Both the position numbers and the translations under genes were made by a program. The notes below the pieces were generated by a model that worked only from the letters and a program-made list of their open reading frames with translations, ran no database searches and had not been told where the DNA came from. Shown in pieces: positions 17,904 through 27,209 of a stretch of 64,000 bases of DNA (within the stretch, counting starts at the first letter, position 1; each line of letters opens with the position of its first letter). This DNA comes from Candidatus Bathyarchaeota archaeon (GTDB taxonomy: Archaea; Thermoproteota; Bathyarchaeia; 40CM-2-53-6): NCBI GenBank assembly GCA_963726255.1, contig CAVSBL010000002.1:1760001-1824000 (forward strand), given 5' to 3'.

Positions 17904-18833
17904 TCACGCATTGAATGTTCGGGTCTCTGTTGACGCTAACGCCGCGAGCCTAGCACCTTTCCAATCCGATTCCACATCGCTAAAGAAGAATCCAGCGTCA
18001 CTGAAGATCGTGTTCAAGGATCTGCCGTCCCAGAGGAAGATAGTGCCCTTAGCCATGCCGGCCTGTCCGGTTGCGGTTACGATAGCCGCAAGGTCTGCAG
18101 AGGGTTTCCATGCAACGGCAACGGGGTAGACGTGCTTATTGTCAAATTGGACGGGTGAAAGCGTCGATCCGTTTAAGATTCCGATGAATCCATTATGCCA
18201 GACAACATCATACCCTACAACCAACGCCGACTCTCCATTCCATTTCCAATCCACCCCGATGAGGTCTGCGCGTCCTTCGTTCAGGGGTTTTACAATGTTC
18301 GTTTCCGGCTCGTAATTGAAGAGGTTCGGCGAAGGGATGAATTCCTCGGCGAAACAATTGGATGCGATGAGTGCGCCCTCGGATTTTGGCCGCCACGAAA
18401 TGTCCCGCAGGTTCGCCCTTCCCGCGTCGACCGGCACAACCTCTCCCCTCGAAAACTTGAGCAAGGTTCCGTTGTTTCCGGCCAACAGGGCTATCGACCC
18501 GTCATGGTTCCATGCGACTGCACGCAGGTTTTCGAACGTAGGCACTGGTACCTTCGTGAACCGTTCTCCCTCCAGAAGCAGGGCCGTCCCACCGTTGCCA
18601 ACGATCAGCGCGCGATCATCTGTCGGGTTTACAGACACGGCCCGGAGATTATGCCGTGTCCCAGAATCAAGGGGAACAGGCCCATCCTCCCGAACCTTTA
18701 GAACTCGACCACCATTGCCCACAACGATCGGAAAACGATCCTGACGATCCCAGGCTAGCCCGCGAAGGTGGCCTTGCAGGATTTTTGTGCGCAGGTTCTG
18801 ACCGTCGTAATAGAGCAGCTTCGAAGCCAACAA
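17904..18833 (-). CDS. Beta-propeller repeat protein
   Basis: About 40-aa repeats of NLRAVAW...ALIVGNGG type. Confidence 0.8.
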   Translation of the reverse strand: MLASKLLYYDGQNLRTKILQGHLRGLAWDRQDRFPIVVGNGGRVLKVREDGPVPLDSGTRHNLRAVSVNPTDDRALIVGNGGTALLLEGERFTKVPVPTFENLRAVAWNHDGSIALLAGNNGTLLKFSRGEVVPVDAGRANLRDISWRPKSEGALIASNCFAEEFIPSPNLFNYEPETNIVKPLNEGRADLIGVDWKWNGESALVVGYDVVWHNGFIGILNGSTLSPVQFDNKHVYPVAVAWKPSADLAAIVTATGQAGMAKGTIFLWDGRSLNTIFSDAGFFFSDVESDWKGARLAALASTETRTFNA

Positions 18834-18858
18834 TTCACAATCCTAAGCTCAGTAAACC

Positions 18859-19269
18859 TTGACCGGGACGCCCAGCCCAAAAGTAGATTTGAAAGCAATA
18901 TTAAGAATGGGACAAGTGCCACGCAACATGCCCAAGAGCAGAACCCACAGTCCGCGAACAGTTGAACTGTATTCTGAACGACCCATTAACACGGAAGAGG
19001 ATTTGCTGGTTTACATTGAGGCATTGGACGAAGATGAAGGAGTCAGAATCGAGGGAAACCTCAAGAACCATGAGAATGGCGGGTTCATTTTCGTCGGAAC
19101 CTACAGGGGCAGCTACTGCGTTAACATCTGCGACAAGGTGTGGGCCCCTAAGCTAAGGCGGTACATAGCCGGCGAGAAGGATGAATGGTACTACTTCGAC
19201 AAGGGAAAAGAGGCATTCCGCTTCGCCTTGAAAGAAGCAAAAAAGCCCCTACGGGCTTGGCTATACTAG
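18859..19269 (+). CDS. Hypothetical protein
   Basis: Protein-like ORF divergent from the propeller gene; start uncertain. Confidence 0.6.
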   Translation: MTGTPSPKVDLKAILRMGQVPRNMPKSRTHSPRTVELYSERPINTEEDLLVYIEALDEDEGVRIEGNLKNHENGGFIFVGTYRGSYCVNICDKVWAPKLRRYIAGEKDEWYYFDKGKEAFRFALKEAKKPLRAWLY

Positions 19270-19345
19270 GACGTTCGCGACTAAGGTACATTTTCTGCGC
19301 TAGATCAGTTGCCCTTGGCTATGCGGTTCGAACAGCAGGGTTATC

Positions 19346-20425
19346 CTAGTCCTTGGTTGGAAGCGTGACTGTCGCCACTTCGACTTGTGGCTGGCGGAAG
19401 TAATGCTTCTTAGCCCACAGAGCCACATTCACAAGACCAATCAGGACTGGAACTTCGAATAGGGGCCCGATTACGGCGGCGAAGGCCTCGCCAGAATTTA
19501 TTCCGAAGACCCCGACTGCAACCGCTATTGCCAGCTCGAAATTGTTGCTGGCCGCTGTGAAGGATAACGTTGCGGTTTCTGGATAGGAGAAGTTCCATGC
19601 CTTGGACATAATGAATGAGATTGTGAACATGATGAGGAAATAGCAGACGAGTGGTATTGCAATTCGCACAACATCCCAAGGTAGTGCAAGAATATACTCG
19701 CCCTTCAGTGAGAACATGACTACAATCGTGAACAGCAACCCAATCAACGCCGTTGGACTCAGTTTCTCCACAAAGACTTGGTCATACCATTCCTTTCCCT
19801 TCTTGCGTACGAGTGCGTACCTGGTTACTATGCCTGCGATGAATGGGATGCCTAGATAGATGAAGACGGTCTTGGCTATATCCCATATTGAGATCGCAAC
19901 AACTACTCCTGAGCCGCGAGCCATCCAAGAGGAAAGAAGTGTAACAAAGAACCACGCATAAACCGAGTATAATGCAACTTGGAAGATTGAATTGAGGGCA
20001 ACGAGAACCGCTGCATACTCGTTGTCGCCTTCGGCGAGCATGTTCCATACAAGGACCATCGCGATGCATCTTGCTAGCCCGACGATGATGATTCCGATTC
20101 TGTACTCGGGCATGTCGGGCAAGAACAGCCACGCGAGGCCGAACATTAGAAAAGGCCCGACGAGCCAGTTCTGGACGAGGGAGACGCTGAACATCTTCCA
20201 AGCCTTTCCAACCTTCGAAAGCTCCTCATACTTCACCCGCGCTAAGGGAGGATACATCATCCACAGTAATCCGACCGCAATTGGAAGAGAAATTGTGCCT
20301 ACACTAAACGTCCCGAGAAGCTTCGGAAGTTGTGGAAAAACAGCGCCTGTGCCTACCCCTATGGCCATTGCTAGGAAAATCCAGAGGGTGAGAAATCTGT
20401 CGAGCAACGAAAGGCGTTGTGCCAT
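19346..20425 (-). CDS. acr3: ACR3 family arsenite efflux transporter
   Basis: [35 protein letters not shown] and [11 protein letters not shown] motifs. Confidence 0.96.
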   Translation of the reverse strand: MAQRLSLLDRFLTLWIFLAMAIGVGTGAVFPQLPKLLGTFSVGTISLPIAVGLLWMMYPPLARVKYEELSKVGKAWKMFSVSLVQNWLVGPFLMFGLAWLFLPDMPEYRIGIIIVGLARCIAMVLVWNMLAEGDNEYAAVLVALNSIFQVALYSVYAWFFVTLLSSWMARGSGVVVAISIWDIAKTVFIYLGIPFIAGIVTRYALVRKKGKEWYDQVFVEKLSPTALIGLLFTIVVMFSLKGEYILALPWDVVRIAIPLVCYFLIMFTISFIMSKAWNFSYPETATLSFTAASNNFELAIAVAVGVFGINSGEAFAAVIGPLFEVPVLIGLVNVALWAKKHYFRQPQVEVATVTLPTKD

Positions 20426-20473
20426 TTTTTCCGAAACTCGTGAATCTGTGCGCTGACCGCCTAATGGGAATGG

Positions 20474-21205
20474 TCAGCTAGGTTTCGTAGCCTTCCAGAT
20501 CATGCTCTTCACGCTAAGCCGCTTAGACTCCATTTCCTGGTTTATCGCGTGAGACTCATCTGATCCCTCGATTTCTGTGAACCCTGTCTTTTCGAGGATG
20601 CCTTTGTACTCGTTGAATGTAACCGCCCCTGCTATGCAAGCCGCCCATTCTTCCGGCTTGATTTCCTTTCGGCCTTCTTGAGTTGCCACCATATCTGACA
20701 CAGAAATTTTCCCGCCAGGTTTGAGGACGCGGTATATCTCTCTGAACGCTAACTCCTTGTCTGGAACCAAGTTCAGGACGCAGTTGCTTATGACTAGGTC
20801 CACCGAGTTACTCTCGATTGGCATGTGTTCGATTTCCCCAAGTCGAAATTCCACATTCTTGTAATCATACTTCTTGGCAGTTTCTCGTGCCCTGAAAATC
20901 ATCTCGGGCGTGGCATCAAGGCCGATAACGCGGCCTTCTTCCCCGACAAGTTTCGAACCGCGGAAGACGTCAACCCCTCCCCCGCTGCCCAGGTCTAGCA
21001 CTGCCTCTCCTCCTCGAACCTGCACATGCGTTAAGGGGCTCCCACAACTCGCCGCCACGCTCAGAGCCTCGCTCGGGAGAGCTTCCTCCGTCGAGCTTGT
21101 TGCGCAGCACGAACCCTCGGAGCCGCTTCCGCAGCACGGTTCATTCAGTACAGCCAGTTCGCTGTAGTGTTTTCTTACCGCTTCCTTGATTTGTTCCTCA
21201 CTCAA
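20474..21205 (-). CDS. arsM: Arsenite S-adenosylmethionine methyltransferase
   Basis: N-terminal CC pairs, SCGSP, VLDLGSGGGVD, ISNCVLNL and WAACIAGA; lies within the ars cluster. Confidence 0.88.
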   Translation of the reverse strand: MSEEQIKEAVRKHYSELAVLNEPCCGSGSEGSCCATSSTEEALPSEALSVAASCGSPLTHVQVRGGEAVLDLGSGGGVDVFRGSKLVGEEGRVIGLDATPEMIFRARETAKKYDYKNVEFRLGEIEHMPIESNSVDLVISNCVLNLVPDKELAFREIYRVLKPGGKISVSDMVATQEGRKEIKPEEWAACIAGAVTFNEYKGILEKTGFTEIEGSDESHAINQEMESKRLSVKSMIWKATKPS

Positions 21206-21233
21206 AGTTGCTCACCGCTGAGGTATTAGAACA

Positions 21234-21257
21234 ACATATTTAAGTACATTGATATGT
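21234..21257. promoter_or_regulatory. Putative ArsR operator overlapping the divergent promoter
   Basis: Imperfect palindrome ACATATTTAA-GTAC-ATTGATATGT in the 69-bp gap between arsM and arsR. Confidence 0.6.
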
Positions 21258-21274
21258 AGGCTCTTCTGGTCAAC

Positions 21275-21673
21275 ATGAGCACCACAATCGCCCAAGCAAG
21301 AATGAAACGCCTCGTAAGCCTCGGACTGGTCCAGTCTAATTGCACGCCCAGTGAACGGATCACGCAGCTGAAATCGCGAATAAGGGAGGAGGATGCCACG
21401 TTTCGAGAATTGAAGGCCTTCTTCTCCGCGCTTGGCGATTCTACGAGGCTGAAGATGCTTAGGCTAATTGGCGATGAGGAGTTATGTTCCTGCGAAGTTA
21501 TGGCTGCCTTGGAGCTAACGCAGCCAACTACCTCGCACCACCTAGGCATACTCGAAAGAGCTGGGCTGTTGAGTTCACGTCGTAATGGGAAGTGGGTGTT
21601 TTACAAGATAGCGAACCCGAAAGTCAGGAACCTGATCACGAAAGGCTTCAGCCTAATTGAGGCGACGGATTGA
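21275..21673 (+). CDS. arsR: ArsR/SmtB family metalloregulator
   Basis: ALGDSTRLKML...ELCSCEV...QPTTSHHL..L..AGLL..RRNGKWVFY. Confidence 0.9.
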   Translation: MSTTIAQARMKRLVSLGLVQSNCTPSERITQLKSRIREEDATFRELKAFFSALGDSTRLKMLRLIGDEELCSCEVMAALELTQPTTSHHLGILERAGLLSSRRNGKWVFYKIANPKVRNLITKGFSLIEATD

Positions 21674-22071
21674 TGAAAAAAGCCCTCTTCGTCTGCGTGG
21701 AGAACGCGGGCAGAAGCCAGATGGCTGAGGCAATTGCGCGCTCATACGGAATTGACGCCATCAGTGCAGGCACAATCCCTGCTACGAAAGTTAACCCGAC
21801 CGTTATTGAAGCGATGAAAGAGAGGGGCTTCAACTTATCCTCCACCAAGCCGAAACTTCTCACACCCGAGATGATTGAAGCTGCGGACTATGTTGTTACG
21901 ATGGGCTGCCGTGTTGAGGACGTTTGCCCAAGACCCTTGATTGTCCGGATGGAGAAGAAGCTTGTTGATTGGCACATTGAGGACCCCAAAGGCAAGCCAA
22001 TAGAAGACGTCCGCAAGATACGAAGCGAAATAGAAGAACGCGTTATTGAATTACTTAAGAAACCAGACTAG
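21670..22071 (+). CDS. arsC: Arsenate reductase (LMW-PTP fold)
   Basis: CVENAGRSQMAE P-loop, TMGC, VCP and DWHIEDPKG. Confidence 0.9.
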   Translation: MMKKALFVCVENAGRSQMAEAIARSYGIDAISAGTIPATKVNPTVIEAMKERGFNLSSTKPKLLTPEMIEAADYVVTMGCRVEDVCPRPLIVRMEKKLVDWHIEDPKGKPIEDVRKIRSEIEERVIELLKKPD

Positions 22072-22140
22072 CCCCGCAGATAGTCCAGGGACGAAGTAGG
22101 AAGGAATGCACGACCTAGTTTCTAGGAACATTGCCCAGTG

Positions 22141-22428
22141 TTAGTTGATGGCCTTCAGTTTTGTTTCCATGGTTGCAGCCTTGTCGCGCCTATCATCAAT
22201 CTTTACCGTGGTAACCACCCTTTTTGCACCCGTCTTGACGACGGCTAAGTGAGCGGCCTTCACGGCATCGAGAACCTCGTCAATGGTAGCAGCCTCAATG
22301 GAAGTCGAGTTAGGGCCTGAAATCGTTTTGAGCCCTGACTTTTTCAAACTCTCGACGGCGACGCGGACGAACGGGCCGATGCTTGAGCCTTCCCCGAGTA
22401 CTGAGACGGTGACCTCTGCGATTATCAT
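22141..22428 (-). CDS. MTH1187/YkoF-like thiamine-binding protein
   Basis: MIIAEVTV..G.SIGPFV...GPNSTSIE...RVVTTVKIDDRRDK. Confidence 0.85.
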   Translation of the reverse strand: MIIAEVTVSVLGEGSSIGPFVRVAVESLKKSGLKTISGPNSTSIEAATIDEVLDAVKAAHLAVVKTGAKRVVTTVKIDDRRDKAATMETKLKAIN

Positions 22429-22588
22429 CTTCCAATCGCCCACACTGGGATGGATCCCCCCTCAAATATCTTCGCCGATACAAGCTGTAGCAGCAAGCAA
22501 TTTTGATTGGCGGTTGGAATTGAGCGGTGGATTCGTTAATATCGGACGCTTTGAGGCGTTGGCTTGCAGATAGGTCGGTGGGATTGGA

Positions 22589-23546
22589 GTGAAAGCGATT
22601 CGAGTTCGAGAGTTCGGTGGTCCTGAAGTCATGGTGTTGGAGGATATGCCGGACCTTCATCCTAGCCCGAAGCAGGTTGTGGTCCGGGTGAAGGCTGCGG
22701 GCGTCAACCCCACGGATACCTACACGCGCTCAGGCACCTCGAGGAGGCCCACGTTACCATACACTCCTGGTATAGATGCGGCGGGGATCGTGGAATCCGT
22801 AGGCGAAGGTGTCACTAGCGTGAAGGTTGGCGCACGTGTCTACATTTCTGGCAGCATTAGCGGCGCGTATGCGGAGGAGGCGCTCTGCGAAGAATACCAA
22901 GTACACCCATTGCCTGACAAGGTAACGTTCGCGCAAGGAGCTGGAGTCAACGTCCCTTACGCCACAGCCTACCGGGCGCTCTTCCAACTCGCTAAAGTCA
23001 CTCCGGGAGAATTTGTTCTGGTTCATGGGGCATCTGGCGGCGTCGGCGTCGCGGCGGTACAGTTGGCGCGCGCCGCAGGTATGAAAGTTATTGGAACAGG
23101 CGGTAGTGAACGAGGAAGGAAGTTGGCGCTTGAACAAGGCGCCCATTATGTGTTAGACCATCGTGCGCCCAACTATCTCGACCAAATCCAACCCTTCACC
23201 CAAGGTCACGGCGTCGACGTGATTCTAGAGATGCTTGCCAACGTCAACCTTGACAAGGACCTGAAAATCCTGGCGATGGGTGGACGGGTTGTAGTGATTG
23301 GCAGCAGGGGTAGAATAGAAATTGACCCGAGAGATGCCATGATGCGGGATGCTTCGATTCTGAGCATGCTCCTGTTCAACGTCACGCCTCAACAAGCATC
23401 CGCCATTCACTCTGCCCTGTACGCAGGATTAGAGAACGGGAAGCTAGGCCCTGTTGTAGGGAAGGAAATTCCGCTAGCAGAAGCATCGCGCACACCGCGA
23501 AGTAATGGCGCCCTACGCTTACGGCAAAATCGTCCTCATTCCCTGA
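22589..23546 (+). CDS. NADPH:quinone reductase (MDR family), frameshift near the C-terminus
   Basis: GVNPTD.Y.RSG, PYTPG.D.AG and HGASGGVG. The conserved end AHREVMAPYAYGKIVLIP-stop lies in another frame after about 23490. Confidence 0.9.
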
Positions 23547-23601
23547 ACATGTAGCCACGCCAAGAGGTTAGGAGTTATCCCACGGCGGCTTTCAACGATT
23601 A

Positions 23602-24813
23602 CTAGTTCACTATGCCAAGTACGTTAGCCATTCTTCGGAACGCGGTTTCCGCTCTCAATTTTGCTTCTTGGCTTACTCTCAGGCCTGCTAGGTTTCTAGC
23701 GAACGTTTTCAGGACGCCGAGGACTTTGGGCGTGTCGAAGTCGTTGTCCATGTTGCGTTTGAAGGCGTATTCAGATCTTTCGAGTAGAGCCTGCAGCTTC
23801 CTTTCGTGTTTCTGGGTGGTTGTTGGTTGGGCTGCCATGAAAGTTTGAAGAGCATTGTTTATCGCGGTTAGTTCGCGTGTAGCCTTTCTGAGCCCGTTTG
23901 CCGAGAGGATCATCGGTTGCCGGTAGTGGAATGAGGCAAAGTAAAATCTCAGTGTGGGGACGCCGTATTCTTTGATGGCCTCGCGTATGCGGACCACGTT
24001 GCCCAGTGATTTGCTCATTTTTCGCCCCTCCACACTCAACAAGCCTGTGTGGAGCCAGTACCGTACGAAGGGCGCTTTGCCCGTCAACGCTTCCGCTTGT
24101 GCTATCTCTGCTTCGTGGTGTGGGAAGATGAGTTCTGAGGCGCCACCATGCATGTCATAAGTGTCCCCGAAATGGGCAATTGAGACGGCCGTATCCTCAA
24201 TGTGCCAACCGGGCCGGCCAGAACCCCAGGGCGAATGCCAACGCTGCCCCTTGTCGTATTTCCTCCACAACGAGAAATCTTCGGGGTTGCGCTTCGAGGA
24301 GCACAATTCAAGCCTCCTCAACCCAAGCTCGTCATGGCTCAGCCCGGAGAGTTCGCCGAAACTTGGAAACTTCCCTACCTCAAAATATACTCCAGTCTCA
24401 GTCTCGTACGCTACCCCTTTGCCAACCAAGCCTTCAACTTGCGCGATCATCTGTGGAATGTAGTCGGAAGCTCTCTCGTAACGGTCAACGCTAGTTATCC
24501 CTAAGCTTTGCATATCTTCCAAGAAGGCTGCTTGGTACTGGTGGGCCAATTTGAATGGGTCCCGTTTGAGTTCCTCCGCCCGCTCCACAATCCGCTCCGC
24601 CACATCCGTCACGTTCATGATGTAATGTACATGGTAGCCTGAGAACTTCAGGTAACGGGCGATTATGTCGAAGGCGAGAAATGTCCTCGCATGCCCAAGG
24701 TGAAGGTAATCATAGACCGTAGGTCCGCAAACGAATAGCTTCACTTCGCCGCCTGGGGAGGGCGTGAAGAGCTCTTTGCGGCGGGAGAGGGAGTTGTACA
24801 CTCTAAGAGGCAT
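23602..24813 (-). CDS. cysS: Cysteine--tRNA ligase
   Basis: CGPTVYDYLHLGHAR, WGSGRPGWHIE, FPHHEAE and KMSKSLGN. Confidence 0.95.
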   Translation of the reverse strand: MPLRVYNSLSRRKELFTPSPGGEVKLFVCGPTVYDYLHLGHARTFLAFDIIARYLKFSGYHVHYIMNVTDVAERIVERAEELKRDPFKLAHQYQAAFLEDMQSLGITSVDRYERASDYIPQMIAQVEGLVGKGVAYETETGVYFEVGKFPSFGELSGLSHDELGLRRLELCSSKRNPEDFSLWRKYDKGQRWHSPWGSGRPGWHIEDTAVSIAHFGDTYDMHGGASELIFPHHEAEIAQAEALTGKAPFVRYWLHTGLLSVEGRKMSKSLGNVVRIREAIKEYGVPTLRFYFASFHYRQPMILSANGLRKATRELTAINNALQTFMAAQPTTTQKHERKLQALLERSEYAFKRNMDNDFDTPKVLGVLKTFARNLAGLRVSQEAKLRAETAFRRMANVLGIVN

Positions 24814-25105
24814 CTATGCCGACCTTCCTTTCCTTTGCACCTGTTGGGCGCCCATGTTAACTGCTCGCCGCACCACGCTGCTCAGTAGCCCGCCAGAACC
24901 TAGTAAATACCTCTATGACGCAGCTTCGCGTAACCAGTCGCAAAGCCGCGTTAACCGTCGCTCAGACAGCCATGTAATTCGTTAACGAAATGCTTCATAG
25001 TATGTTCGTTGGCGTCCGCTTGTCATGCTCTGGAAACCTTATCGTTGATAGAGGGTTAATTGACCCTCAAATTCGAACGGTGCCTTGAACTATCTAGATT
25101 CTTGG

Positions 25106-25336
25106 CTAGACGCGGGGTTTCTTCGGTTGAACGATGTAGTAATTTTCGTCCACATCGATTTCCAAGTCAGGTACGAAGGATAGGATGAACTCGACCAATT
25201 CATCCATGCTGCGTTTACGCTTCTCTTTCAACTGGAGAAAACCTTGGAGGCTTATCAACCGCTCGTACATGTCAGAGCTAATTTTGACGCTGCGGCTTAA
25301 CCGTCGTTTCTTGCTCGGCTCGAATGTCTTTGACAC
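25106..25336 (-). CDS. Small ribbon-helix-helix-like protein
   Basis: RSVKISSDMYERL...SMDELVEFIL strand-helix-helix pattern. Confidence 0.6.
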   Translation of the reverse strand: MSKTFEPSKKRRLSRSVKISSDMYERLISLQGFLQLKEKRKRSMDELVEFILSFVPDLEIDVDENYYIVQPKKPRV

Positions 25337-25465
25337 TACTTCTCCCTAGTGGAAATGTAGAACATTCGGCCCTTTTTATTTTTTCTCCAACCCACGTTAT
25401 ATACGGGTGCGACCCACACCGACCACGAATTGATGTTATACAGGGAATTCTGGAGGTGAGTTGAA

Positions 25466-25552
25466 ATGGCGAAGAAGCGCAAGGTCAAGATGAAGCTTGC
25501 AGAAAGTGGTCACGTTAAATCTGAGACCGGTCAAACCGAATACGTAGCGTAA
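25466..25552 (+). CDS. 28-aa basic peptide (not in ORF track)
   Basis: GGAGGTGA RBS at 25452-25459 and ATG at 25466, giving MAKKRKVKMKLAESGHVKSETGQTEYVA-stop. TTATATA about 65 bp upstream and a terminator downstream. Confidence 0.65.
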   Translation: MAKKRKVKMKLAESGHVKSETGQTEYVA

Positions 25553-25622
25553 ATCCGCATGAGCGGGTTGAGCTAGTTCCGGTAGGAACTGGTCCATATT
25601 CTTTTTCTTTCTTTATATTTTT
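25553..25622 (+). terminator. Two hairpins followed by a long pyrimidine/T tract
   Basis: ATCCGC-ATGA-GCGGGT and CTAGTTCC-GGTA-GGAACTGG, then TTCTTTTTCTTTCTTTATATTTTT. Confidence 0.6.
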
Positions 25623-25735
25623 CAATTTAGTTCTTCTTCCGTTTTGATTGCTGCGGTAGCTCTTCGGCTAGCCCGCACGGATAGAGTCTTAAGCTAATTC
25701 ACGGATACATAGGCGAACACGCGAGTGTTCGTCTT

Positions 25736-26506
25736 ATGCTGGGATTGGTTGAAGGTCGGACAGCTCAGGCTGTGCTGCTAATCATTGTGCTGGCAGCGAT
25801 TTACGAACTATCAAGATTTGCTTCGAAAAGGAAGTTGAAGACGCGTGGAATCCCTGGCCTGGAAAGAATCGACGAGTGGATTAAAGAAGCGGCAAAAATG
25901 GGCCGAAGCGTCTTCTACACGCCAGGGACAGGGAGCATCGCGTCGCCGGACACCTTAGCCGCATTAACCCTCTTAGAGTACGTGGCGGAACATTGCGTTG
26001 AGCATGATGCCCGCCTGCTCGTTGGAACCGCGGACGTGAACGTGCAGCAGGTTGCAGAAGACATCGTGAAGACCGCGTATACTAAGGCGGGTAAAGCGAA
26101 GGAGTTCATGGCCGATACCGTTCGGTATCTATCGGCTAGGCAATTTGCGTTCGCGGCCGGTGTAATGGGAATACTCCGGAGGGAGAAACCTGCCGTTAAT
26201 TTCTTCGTAGGCGACTTCTCGGCTGAGGCGCTGGAGATTGCCGAAGCAGGCCGAACCGAAGCATTCGCCCAGTTCGGCGGAACTTCCAACGTGGACCAAT
26301 TACCCTTCTTCATGGCAACATGTGACCAGACCCTAATTGGCGAAGAGCTGTATACGGCCCAAGGCTACCTCTCCACTGACCCAGAAGCAATCTCAACCCT
26401 CGTTGGGCCAGACGCAGGTAAATTCCTCGCAATCCTCCTAATTCTATTGGGAGCTTTGTTCATCACCTTCGGCAACTCGGTACTCATCGATTTGTTACAG
26501 CTTTGA
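25736..26506 (+). CDS. DUF6754-like membrane-anchored protein
   Basis: N-terminal TM, IPGLERIDE...A..MGR.V.YTPG.G, QFAFAAG, QLPFFMATCD..LIGEELY...YLS, and a C-terminal TM. Confidence 0.75.
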   Translation: MLGLVEGRTAQAVLLIIVLAAIYELSRFASKRKLKTRGIPGLERIDEWIKEAAKMGRSVFYTPGTGSIASPDTLAALTLLEYVAEHCVEHDARLLVGTADVNVQQVAEDIVKTAYTKAGKAKEFMADTVRYLSARQFAFAAGVMGILRREKPAVNFFVGDFSAEALEIAEAGRTEAFAQFGGTSNVDQLPFFMATCDQTLIGEELYTAQGYLSTDPEAISTLVGPDAGKFLAILLILLGALFITFGNSVLIDLLQL

Positions 26507-26516
26507 GGGAAGAAGA

Positions 26517-27209
26517 TTGACTTCGAGTAAACGGAAGATGACTCGGGGAGAACTAATTCTTCAGATACTAATCTTCTCGCTGGGTTTCTTCTACGCCTTC
26601 GTTTACTACGTGAATGTTTCGCAACCGATCGACTTGCAAGCAGCTTCAGACCAGCTTTTCGCGTACCTGACTGCAATGTTAACTGCAGCATTCGCCATAG
26701 GAATCATCAACCTAACGAGAGTTCACGTGAACAACGTCAGGCGAAAACGCCCTGCGTGGCGGTATAGCATCATTCTAATCGTATGCCTATACGGCATGGC
26801 CATCATCAGCATGATTTCCTCACCCTTCGCCTTAGACCCAACCGGGGCCGTCATCCCAGGCAGCCTCATAGACGCTGTGACGCCAATCTGGGAATTCCTA
26901 TACTACAAGATCCTGGTTACGATAAATTCCAGCATCTTTTCACTACTAGCCTTCTTCATCGCCTCGGCCGCCTACAGAGCCTTCAAAGCTCGAACCTTTG
27001 AGTCAACCATACTCTTGGCCGCGGGGTTGCTTGTCGTGTTAGGACAGGCGCCTATCATGGATTTAGTTTGGCCCGGGTTCGCCGCAATCCGCGCTTGGAT
27101 ACTGTCGTTTCCAAACACTGCGGGACAGAGGGGCATCTTGATTGGGGCCGCGCTGGGCATTCTCGCGTTCAGTGTTCGCAGACTGATTCGTTACCCGTGG
27201 GGAAGATGA
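26517..27209 (+). CDS. Conserved hypothetical multi-TM protein (DUF6754 cluster)
   Basis: SLLAFFIASAAYRAFKART.E..ILL and PNTAGQRGILIGAALG motifs; 5-6 TM. Confidence 0.75.
   Translation: MTSSKRKMTRGELILQILIFSLGFFYAFVYYVNVSQPIDLQAASDQLFAYLTAMLTAAFAIGIINLTRVHVNNVRRKRPAWRYSIILIVCLYGMAIISMISSPFALDPTGAVIPGSLIDAVTPIWEFLYYKILVTINSSIFSLLAFFIASAAYRAFKARTFESTILLAAGLLVVLGQAPIMDLVWPGFAAIRAWILSFPNTAGQRGILIGAALGILAFSVRRLIRYPWGR

Noticed and set aside
24814-25100. Leader RNA or small ORF upstream of cysS
   Set aside because: No convincing ORF with an RBS and no recognisable conserved structure by eye.
25345-25360. ORB-like TAGTGGAAATG upstream of the RHH-like gene
   Set aside because: Single short match without a G-string or AT-rich unwinding element; chance occurrence is plausible.
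27068-27205. Long N-terminal extensions in the ORF track (27068, also 7785, 52926, 54880)
   Set aside because: They overlap neighbouring genes or promoters, and family-typical N-termini begin at downstream starts.
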